DNA from: Macrostomum lignano
Lineage: Eukaryota
NCBI GenBank assembly: GCA_002269645.1
Contig: NIVC01000433.1
Coordinates: forward strand, 136,873-200,872
DNA length: 64,000 nt
Direction: 5' to 3'
Part shown: piece after piece, positions 53,810-64,000 of the stretch
How the letters are laid out: every line of letters starts with the position of its first letter
How positions within the stretch are numbered: the first letter of the stretch is position 1
Made by a program: the position numbers and the translations under genes
The notes under the pieces: model-generated
The model's database searches: none
The model's input: the letters and a program-made list of their open reading frames with translations, nothing else
What the model was told of the DNA's origin: nothing

Positions 53810-54755
53810 CTGCAGTTTTTGCAATGGTTCACCAGCATTTCAGCAATGGTTCACCAGCATTTCAGCAATTCTTCACCAGCATTTCAGCAATGCTTTACCA
53901 GCATTTCAACAATGGTTCACCAGCAGTTTAGCAATGCTTCACCAGCAGTTTGCATTAGCTATTGTTCACCAGCATTTCAGCAATGGTTCACCAGCAGTTT
54001 AGCAATGGTTCAACAGCATTCAGCAATGGTTCACCAGCAGTTTAGCAATGGTTCACCAGCAGTTTAGCAATGGTTCACCAGCAGTTTAGCAATGGTTCAA
54101 CAGCAGTTTAGCAATGGTTCACCAGCAGTTTAGCAATGGTTCAACAGCATTCAGCAATGGTTCACCAGCAGTTTAGCAATGGTTCACCAGCAGTTTAGCA
54201 ATGGTTCACCAGCAGTTTAGCAATGGTTCAACAGCATTCAGCAATGGTTCACCAGCAGTTTAGCAATGGTTCACCAGCATTTTAGCAATGGTTCACCAGC
54301 AGTTTAGCAATGGTTCACCAGCAGTTTAGCAATGGTTCACCAGCAGTTTAGCAATGGTTCACCAGCAGTTTAGCAATGGTTCAACAGCATTCAGCAATGG
54401 TTCACCAGCAGTTTAGCAATGGTTCACCAGCATTTCAGCAATGGTTCACCAGCAGTTTAGCAATGGTTCAACAGCATTCAGCAATGGTTCACCAGCAGTT
54501 TAGCAATGGTTCACCAGCAGTTTAGCAATGGTTCACCAGCAGTTTAGCAATGGTTCAACAGCATTCAGCAATGGTTCACCAGCAGTTTAGCAATGGTTCA
54601 CCAGCAGTTTAGCAATGGTTCACCAGCAGTTTAGCAATGGTTCACCAGCAGTTTAGCAATGGTTCACCAGCAGTTTAGCAATGGTTCACCAGCAGTTTAA
54701 CAATGGTTCACCAGCAGTTTAACAATGCTTCATCGGCAGTTTAGCTGTGGTTCAC
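53810..54755. repeat. 22-bp minisatellite (~42 copies)
   Basis: Unit agcaatggttcaccagcagttt. Confidence 0.97.
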
Positions 54756-54758
54756 CAC

Positions 54759-54895
54759 TGACCTGTGACAATCATTATCGTCACAGGTCACAAAGATAAA
54801 TTCTTTGCTCCAATGCAGACTCGAACTGCCAACCTTCAGGACTTCTATGCCTGTTACTGCCTGCCTACTGCGGTTATTGAGCCTATTGACAGATG
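54759..54895 (-). mobile_element. tRNA-derived SINE-like head, family A (further copies near 55785-55830 and 61226-61365)
   Basis: Minus-strand A-box-like TAGGCTCAATAA (54885-54874) and B-box GTTCGAGTC (54826-54818), followed by an 11-bp perfect hairpin (54759-54790). Confidence 0.55.
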
Positions 54896-56629
54896 GTCGA
54901 AATAAATCATATGCTATTTAAGAAGATTAGCAGATTAGCTGTTTGAAGTTAACCCTCAGAAATTGGCAGTTATCACCACAACAACCTGAAATGATCCCTT
55001 CATCTAATCCCGCCAAACAGACTGCAGTTATCTCTTAGCAGCCTTCATTTATTCACTTTGCAGTCTATACAACTTTTATCAACATTTATAACCTCAGCAT
55101 TAAAATTTGGGCTAGAATTGTCCCTCAGCAAGCAAAAATAATTCACTCAGCAGACCGCAGTAATTCCTCCAACATTTTGCAATTAATCCTCAAAAGCTAT
55201 TATCCACTCAAAACTCTGTAGATAGTTATTATCCTCAGAAGTCTGCCCCCCCCCCCAATCAGACCGCAGTTATCCACTCAGCAGTTTACAGCTTGTCCCC
55301 TCTGCAGACTGAAATGATCCTTTCGACAATCTGCAGTGATCCCCTCAGCAGTTCTCCTCAGTGTCCTCAGCAAACTTGCCCAGAATTGAACGGCTCACTA
55401 ATCAATTTTCTATACATACGAGTATATCGGCATCGGAATCTTCTGCAGTTTAGCAATGATGGCTCACCAGCACTGTTTTGCACAATCAGTGAGCAGATGG
55501 CCACTAATCTCCATGCTTCTCAATAATTGAAACCATTTGAAATGTTTGCAACTTGCAGTTGAAATTCGATTTGCAATCTTCTTACATATTTATTACTTTA
55601 TTATACGCGTCAGATTAGCACTGCTCTCCCCGATTAGCGCTGCTCACCCAGATTAGCAATAGCCTTTGCAAATTAGCACTTAAAAACAGATTAGCACTGC
55701 TCTAGAAGCTTAACGTAGCCCCAGCGAAAGTATGTATAAATTTAAATGTTAAAAAATTGCATGAATCTGCATGCATGGGAGACATTCGCTGCTTCAATGC
55801 AGACTCGAACTGCCGACCTTCTACCAAAAGCCTTATACGAGCGTACTATTCAAGAAGTTTAGTAACTTCAGCAGTTTGAAGTTAACCCCCCCCCCCCTTC
55901 AGAAATCGGCAGTTATCCCCACAACCTGAAATTAGCTATTCCTTCTAATCCCGCAAACAGACTACAGTCATACTCTTAGCAGCCTGCAGTTATCCACTTT
56001 GCCGTCTACAACTTTCATTAACATCAGCAAACTACAATACTTCACTCAGCAGTCCGCAGTTATCCACTCAACAACTTGCACTTAATTCTTCACAGTTTTT
56101 ATCCACTTTAAACTCTGTAGATAGTTACCCCCTCAACAGTTTGCTGCTATGCACTCATAAGTGTGGAGGAACTACCTCAGCAGTTTGTTCCATTTTTCCC
56201 TTTGCAGTCTGCATGAATGATCCCTTTGACAATCTGCAGTTCCCCTCAGCATCTTCTGTTCTCTTTTCCAATAATCTTCCAATCTTCCAATAATCTAAAA
56301 ATGTGCTCAGCATTTTACGGCTCACTAAACAATTTTCAGTACATATCGGCATTCTTAAAAAGCTCAAAATTTAGCAATACCTTAAAAAGCAATTTTAATA
56401 GCATGGTCTGCAGTTTAATAGCAATTCCATACTTTCATGGTGCGAGGCAGTACTCGTTGATGGGATCAGTAATACAAGAAGCAGTTTTTTTAAATCAAAT
56501 TTGATAAGTGGCTTGTGCCAAGTAGCAAAAATTATTTGCTAATTAATAAAAAGTGTTGCAATTAAAATTAATAAAAATATGTTATATTTAGTCGAGTCAC
56601 AAGCTACAAATGAATGAATTTACTTATTT

Positions 56630-56720
56630 TAATTATCCACCGGGGAGGCGGACTCGAACCTTGGACCTTACGCCTAGCCTAAACCTAGTCCTAGTGTCTC
56701 GGCACTGCAGACATATATGC
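56630..56720 (-). mobile_element. tRNA-derived SINE-like head, family B (paralogous copy at 62260-62355)
   Basis: B-box GGTTCGAGTC (56660-56651 and 62286-62277) followed by CGCCTCCCCGG. The second copy has an A-box-like TAGCCGCAGTG. Cloverleaf pairing is broken. Confidence 0.55.
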
Positions 56721-59700
56721 TTCGGCACTGCAGTCAAATACATAGCAGTGATAGGCTGCATGCTCAGTGTGCACAGTTTTGGTGCTGGCAGAGCCATTGC
56801 ACAGTTAAGTAAATCTCTCAATTTCAATACTTTTAAAATGCACTGGCTGATTTCTCTCTCCCTCCAGAGTGCCTGCGCACACTGCCTCCTGCTGAAAAGC
56901 TCAGAGTCAGTTTATAGCGAGACTATGCAGTACGCAGTTGTGGCGCAATCATTTAGCATTGGAATTCAGCCAGTCAAGAATTCAACGCTGCTTGGCCTTC
57001 CATTAAAAGCATTTAGATAAACTTGTTTTTCGAATATTTAATACCTTTAGCATTGAAGCAGATTAAAGAAATTTTAGCTGTCCTCTTTCCAGATAATTAC
57101 AAAACTTTTGGCGAAAACGCGATCAAAATTGGTCAAGAATTGCAGTCTGTAGAGCGTTACGAAAAACAGATCTTTGACGCTTAAAGAGCTCGCTGCTAGC
57201 CTCCAGAATAATTATATTTTTGACCCCTGGTATGGTTGCGCAATTTAAATAGAGTAATTATCTAGGCAGTGGGGCCCATGAGTTTTCTGATCAGTTCGCT
57301 CTGGCGCAATCATTAAAATTGGCTGTGAAGTTTTTCGCTGATAAAATTTTGCATTGAAAAAGCCCATTTAAAACAGTTTTTCGAATATTTAATCCCTTTA
57401 GCATTGAAGCAGATTAAAGAAATTTTAACCATACAATCCCAGGCTGATTACAAATCTTTTGGCGAAAACGCGATGAAAATCGGTGAAGAATTGCTCTCTC
57501 TAGAGCGTTATGGACAAGCAAGCAAGCAAGCAAGCAAGCATACAAATATTAGAGATTTAGTATATTTAGATTTTGACGAAAACGCGATCAAAATCGGTGA
57601 AGAATTGCTCACTCTAGAGCGTTATGGACATTCATTCAAACATACAAACCTTAGAGATTTAGTATATTTAGATAGAAGAAGACTAGCTAATTAGAGCTGG
57701 CTGCCAGCATCCAGAATAATTTTTTTATTGCCCCCCTTTAAGTTGGGGCCAGTGAGTTTTCTTATCAGTTGGCTCTGGCGCAATCAATTAAAATTGGCAG
57801 TGAAGTTTCTCGCTGATAGAATTTTGCATTGAAAAAGGCTATTTAAAACAGTTTTCGAATATTTAATCCCTTTAGCATTGAAGCAGATACAAGAAATTTT
57901 AACCATACAATCCCAGGCTGATTAGAAATCTTTTGGCGAAAACGCGATCAAAATCGGTCGAGAATTGCGATCTCTAGAGCGTTATGGACAAGCATACAAA
58001 CCTTAGAGATTTAGTATATTTAGATAGATAGATTATGGACATTCATTCAAACATACAAACCTTAGAGATTTAGTATATTTAGATTAGAAGAAGCCATTTA
58101 GCCCCCCGCTGGGGAGCCCTAAAATGACACCAATTGGTTTTTATTTTGACACAAGAGTAACCTTACTATAATTATCCAAAATGTTGATTTCCATTAATAA
58201 AATATTACCTTTTCTCATTTTGGCAAAAATAAATTGCCATGAATCAGAACTTTCATCAGCCAAAAAAGTTTCCTTCATCAGCCCAAAACCCTTTCTCAAT
58301 CAGCAAATAGTGCTGATCCTTTCAAGCACAAACTCTTAGTGCATATCGTCGCTGGCCGGGGCATACTCTGATCCGCAGCAAATATGCAAATCACTGACGG
58401 CCTTAGACCCTCTCTTTTAATTAGCCTAAATCAAAGAATGAAACCTTTAATAAATGCGCTGGTATTTCCTATTAGCAGAAATCAGCATCACTTGTGTGTA
58501 CTATTTCAATATCTGAACTACATGAGCTACTTCAGCCGTACTACCTGACTATCTGACAATCGCCCAACAACCTAACACCCCTAACAATTCAGCCATCATC
58601 CTGCATGAGCCTTGTCATCTTAGCAATTCCCCCCAGTAAGCCTTGTCATCTTAACAATTCCCCCCAGTAAGCCTTGAAATCTCAGCAATTCCCCAAGTAA
58701 GCCTTGACAAGAATTGCTAAGAATTGCTAAGAATACTTAGCTAACAATTGCTAATACTTGCTAAGAATTGCTGAGAAGCCTCGAGATCTCAGCAATTCCC
58801 CCAGTAAGCATTGACATCTCAGCGATTCTCCCAGTAAGCCTTGAAATCTTAGCAATTCCCCCAGAAAGAATTCACATCTTAGCAATTGCCGCAGTAAGCC
58901 TTGAAATCGCTGCAATCCCCCCAGTAAGCCTTAACATCTCAGCAATTCCCCCAATAAGCCTTGACATCTGAGGAATTCCCCCAGTAAGCCTTGAAATCTA
59001 AGCATTTCCCCAGTAAGCCTTGAAATCCCAGCATTCCCCCAGAAAGCCTTCACATTTTAGCAATTCCCAGTAAGACTTGACATCTTAGCAATTCCCAGTA
59101 AGACTTGACATCTCAGCAGTTCCCCCATTAAGCATCGACATCGCAGCAATTAAACTCGAGCCTTGACATCTACGCAGTTCTCTCAGCTGAGTAAGCCTTG
59201 ACATCCCAACAACCCAACTCCGCTCCCCCAAGAATTCAGCAATCCCCTTATGAGCCTTGATATCTCTGCAATTTCTTCATAAGCCTTGTCAACTCAGTGA
59301 TTCCATTCATGAGCTTTGATATCTTAGCAACTCCCATCTTAGCAAGTCTTTAGTTGATGGTTAACAGAGTGGTTATTCTATGATTGAACCAAAACTGACC
59401 CTAAGCCCCTAACCCTAACCCATAAGTGAGTCTTGGCATGTTAGCAATCTCCCCCGTGAGCCTTGAGCCTGAGCATTTAAGTAACTTCCTCATAAGCTTT
59501 GAAATCTAAATTTCACCGAAAGCCTTGAACTGTCAGCAATTCCCTAAGAGCCAAAGCATATAACTAATTCGCCCCTTTAATCTTTGAAATTCCTTGATGA
59601 ATCATTTATGATTGACACGACGATCGCTCTATAATTAAACTCAAACCCTAACCCTTAACCTGCAGCCGAGTCACAGCATTTCAGCAACTCCCCCTCTCAG

Positions 59701-62700
59701 CCCAAGAATTTCAGCAATTCCCCAATGAGCTTTTGAAATCTTAGCAATTTTCCCATGAGCATGAAACTTTAGCGACTAACCTTTTGATATCTTGGCACTT
59801 TCACATGAGTCTTATGGTTGAAAACTAACCCTGCCAAGTCACAGCATTTCAGCAATTCCCACCGTAAACCACAGCATTTCAACAAATACCCAATGAACCT
59901 TGACATTTCGTGAATTTCAGCCATTCGCTTTAGGAGCCTTTGAAATCTCAGTCATTCCCCCGTGAACCTTAGCATCTCAGCAATACCCAAAAGTCACAGC
60001 CTACAGCATTACAGGGATCCCCCGTGAGCTTTGAAATCTCAGCTATTCCCCAATGAGCCTTGATATCTCAGCAACTCCTATTTGAGCCACAAAATTTCGG
60101 CATTATGAGCAGGTGCTGCAATCACAACAATCCCCCTGAGCATTGAGCCACATTATAATTCGGATATCCCCCACGAGCCTTTACAACTTAGCAATTCCCC
60201 AATGAGTATTTAATGTTAGACAGGCCTATTCATTTATATGGTTTACGTCTTACTCTTACCCTAACAATGTCGGCAATTCCCTCAAGAGCCACAGCATTCC
60301 AGAAATTATTTCCATGAGCCTTGACAGCAAATAATTTTAATGAGCCTTGATACCTCAGAAATTTCTCAAATGGAATTTGAAATCAAAGCAATTCTGCCCA
60401 GAATCACATCAGTATAGAAATTTCCCTCTGAGACTTGACAAGACATCTCAGAATTTCTCTCATGGGCCTTGATCTGGCCCATGGCCCAGTAAGCCTTGAA
60501 ATCTCAATAATTCCCCAGTAAGCCTTGACATCTCAGAAATTCCCTCATTAAGATCGACATCGCAGCAATTGAACTTAAGCTTTGAAATCAAAGCAATTCT
60601 CCCCAGAATCACATCATTATAGCAATTACCGCTGAGCCTTGAGATCTTAGAAATTCTCCCATGAGTCTTGATATCACAGAAATTTTCCATACCAGCCTTG
60701 ACATCTTAGCAATTCACATTGAGTATTTTATTCTCGACAGACCGCTTCTTTTATGGTTGACATGATGATTCTTTTGTCGCTTTTTCTTGTGTTGAGTTTT
60801 CTTCTGTTTAAAGTAGCATTTATTAAAAACTTACAGTGGTTTACCATCACTTTAGCAATGGTTTACCATCACTTTAGCGATGGTTCACCAGCAATTTAGC
60901 AATGGTTCACCAGCAGTTTAGCAATGGTTCACCGGCACTGTTCCGCAAAATCTGGGAGCAGATGGCTACTGATCTCCATATGCTTCTCAATAATCGAAAC
61001 CATTTGAAATGTTTGCAACTTGCAGTTTAAAATTGATTTGCAATTCTCTTGCATATTTATTAATTCATTGTACGTCAGATTAGCACTGCTCACCCAGATT
61101 AGACCCTTTGCAAATTAGCACTTACAGCAGATTAGCACTGCTCTAGAAGACTAACGCAGCCCCAGCAAAAGTATCTTTAAATTTAAGTGTTTACCATCTC
61201 CATGAATCTGCATAGGATGCAATCATTATTGTCACAGGTCACAAAGATAAATTCGCTGCTTCAATGCAGGCTCGAACTGCTGACATCAAAGCATTCTGTT
61301 TGCTTCTGCTTGATACTGCCTGCCTACTGCGGCTATTGTGCCTATTGACATGTGGTCGAAATAATCTAGTTTAGCAACTTTAGCCGTTTGAAGTTAACCC
61401 CCGGAAATCGGCATTTATCCCCACAACAACCTGAAATTATCCCTTCATCTAATCCCGCAAAAAGACTGCAGTTATTTCTTAGCAGCCGGCATTTATCATC
61501 CACTTTGCATTTTAAAACTTTTATTAAAATTAAGAATGCATACCCTCAGCGGCATAGAATTGTCCCCTTAGCCAAAAATATTTCACTTAGCAGCCGCAGA
61601 AATCCCCTAAACAACTTGTACTTAATCTTCCACAGTAAATATCCACTCAAAACTCAATAGTTAGTTATAAGCCTCAGAAGTCTGCCATTATCCTCTAATT
61701 AGTCCGCAGTTTTCCCTCTCAGCAGTCTGCAGCTATACGCTCATACGTCTGGAGGAACTACCTCAGCAGTTTGCAGTTGTTTCCCCTTTGCAATCTGCAA
61801 TGATCCCTTCGACAGTCTGCAGTTCCCCTCAGCAGTCTGCAGTCATTTCATTTTCAGTCTACAACTGTACCATTAACGATTTTCATTCATTCTCTCAGCA
61901 GCCTGCAGTTCTCCTCTCGGCCGGCTCCTCAGTCTCCTCTGCAAACTGCAATTTGCTCAGAATTGTACGGCTCACTAATCAATTTTCGATACATATCGGC
62001 AGTCTTGAAAAGCTCAGCATTTAGCAGCATTGTCTGCAGTTTAGTAATTTCGTACTTTTATGGAGCTAGACAATACCCATTGATGGGATCAGTTATACTC
62101 GAAGCAGTTTTTACAAATCAAATTTGATTAGTGGCTTGTGCCGAGTAGCAAAAAATGAATTGCTAATTAATAAAAAAATGTTTCAATTGAAATTAAATAA
62201 AAAATGTTTCAATTAGTCCAGGCACAAGCTATAAATTATTGAATTATTTGAATTTTTATTATCCGCCGGGGAGGCAGACTCGAACCTTGGACCTTACGTC
62301 TAGCCTAAACCTAGACCTAGTGCCTACACTGCGGCTACACTGCGGCTACTCCGCCTATTGATGGGAGGACAACAAAATCAGCCATATATGCTTCAGAACT
62401 GCAGTTAAAATACATAGCAGTGATAGGCTGCTCAGTGTGTAGGCGTGCAGGCGGAGCCAATGCACAGTTGATTGAGTGAAATCTAGCAATTTTCTATGGA
62501 GTCCGCCAGTCAGAGCCAGGGTCAGAATGTACACACGCAGCCACTGAGCATTTTTTCTCCTTGCACACTGCAACCAGTATTGAAGCTTACACAGTGGAGA
62601 GAGAAAAGTTATGGCGCAATCATAATTGGAATTGGAATTCAGCCAGTCCAGTCAAGAATTCAACCTAGTTTGCCCTACCATTAAAAGCATTGGGAAAACT

Positions 62701-64000
62701 CGTTTTTCGAATATTTAATACCTTTAGCATTAAAGCCAATTAAAGAAATTTTAACTGTCTTCTTTCCAGATAATTACAAATCTTTTCGTAAAAACGCGAT
62801 TAAAATTGGTCAATTGGTTCTATCTCTAGAACGTTATGCAAATACTAACACAAATTCTCTTCGAGTGAAAGTCACACGAAGCAGCTATGACATAATCAAA
62901 TACTCCGGCAGTCAGCATCAGTCTCAATTAAAGTTAGCAATATGGTTACGCAATTGCTGTCTTTCAACTTGGCACAGTGTTTTCAACTTGTTGTGATGTA
63001 ATCTTTATCAGAATAAGAATTCAGCCAGTCAGTTTTTTCTCTAGCATTTTTACAGCGCATTTCAAGTCGAAAGAGCTGCTTGACCTTTGCAGAAAACATG
63101 TTTTTCGAATATCTAATCCCTTTAGCATTGAAGCAGATACAAGAAATTTTAACCATACAATCCCAGGCTGATTAGAAATCTTTTGGCGAAAACGCGATCA
63201 AAATCGGTGAAGAATTGCGATCTCTAGAGCGTTATGGACAAGCATACAAACCTTAGAGATTTAGTATATTTAGACTAGCTAACTAATTAGAGCTGGCTGC
63301 CAGCAGCCAGAATAATTTTTTATTGCCCCCCTTTAAGTGGGGCCCAGTGAGTTTTCTTATCAGTTCGCTCTGGCGCAATCAATTAAAATTGGCAGTGAAG
63401 TTTCTCGCTGATAAAATTTGCATTGAAAAAGGCCATTTAAAACAGTTTTTCGAATATTTAATCCCTTTAGCATTAAAGCAGTTACAAGAAATTTTAACTG
63501 TCTTCTTTCCAGACAATTTTGAATCTTTTGGTGAAAACGCGATCAAAATCGGTGAAGAATTGCAGTCTCTAGAGCGTTATGGACATTCAAGCATACAAAC
63601 AAACAAACAAATATTAGAGATTTAGTATATTTAGAAGATAGAAGATAGAAGAAGAAGATAGATAGATAGAAGATAGAAGAAGATTATGGACATTCATTCA
63701 TTCAAGCATACAAACCTTAGAGATTTAGTATATTTAGACTAGTTTGAAAAAAATCGGTTCAGGCATTCAGGCTGTAGACTGGAATACCGGTCAAACCTTA
63801 GAGATTTAGTATATTGTGATTTCGCTAGTCACTGAATGAGAAGAATAACAACAGCAAGACATTAACAACTGGCAGATGCTGAGTAACTCAAGGCCCAACT
63901 CATCTTACGGCAGCTAACTACTCTGGTTTTATCAATATTTCCAAATCGGCATATCGCAAGTCAATGAGGGCGCGCGCGCGGTAAGAATTGAATTGCAGAT

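Larger units (their letters stand above)
49000..60750. repeat. Dispersed, degenerate ~28-bp satellite family (taagccttgacatctcagcaattcccc)
   Basis: Best-preserved blocks are at 49000-49560, 52510-52900 and 58610-59130. Decayed copies extend to about 60750. Confidence 0.85.
51560..63780 (+). repeat. Diverged direct segmental duplication, period ~5.6-6.1 kb
   Basis: Matching blocks: 51985-52500 with 58093-58600; 52890-53000 with 59130-59240; 53480-53800 with 60560-60850; 55440-55780 with 60900-61220; 56150-57200 with 61740-62860; 51560-51830 with 62870-63110. A ~500-bp unit recurs at 57200, 57710 and 63305. Confidence 0.85.

Noticed and set aside
56630-56720. Functional tRNA gene
   Set aside because: A B-box is present, but the T-stem and acceptor stem do not pair and there is no anticodon arm; treated as SINE-like.
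57404-63625. Related short ORFs 57404..57694 and 63323..63625 (FGENAIKIGEEL...)
   Set aside because: They come from a repeated non-coding ~500-bp unit whose copies differ by frameshifting indels, with no transposase motif.

Overview
Eukaryotic (metazoan invertebrate) genomic DNA. It has GT-AG introns, TTAGGG telomere-type repeats and introns filled with minisatellites. This style resembles the flatworm Macrostomum, but that is an inference only. I assembled spliced gene models by hand and checked their exon phases. Genes: (1) a CK1/TTBK-like predicted pseudokinase (-, 5016-8462); (2) a secreted fibrinogen-related (FReD) gene with a 1-nt frameshift (-, 8990-10046); (3) an intronless DEG/ENaC channel pseudogene (+, 11394-15234), split in its exon by a 2.2-kb TG...CA element with a CTTT target-site duplication; (4) an intact 7-exon MELK kinase (+, 18374-24274); (5) an uncharacterised 7-exon Gln-rich coiled-coil protein with a possible C-terminal C2-like domain (-, 25870-34343); (6) a 13-exon neutral ceramidase (-, 35137-46276). 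The last 17 kb is gene-free satellite, tRNA-derived SINE-like sequence and a diverged ~6-kb duplication. Best leads: the ceramidase has both a signal peptide and a GPI-signal-like C-terminus, which is atypical for the family; it sits in an operon-like spacing 159 nt upstream of a splice acceptor for the next gene; a minimal Penelope-type hammerhead ribozyme lies at 1719-1756 (-); and the solo-LTR insertion can be reconstructed exactly. Most long ORFs in the supplied track are artefacts of tandem repeats. No database searches were run; family assignments come from motif recognition.
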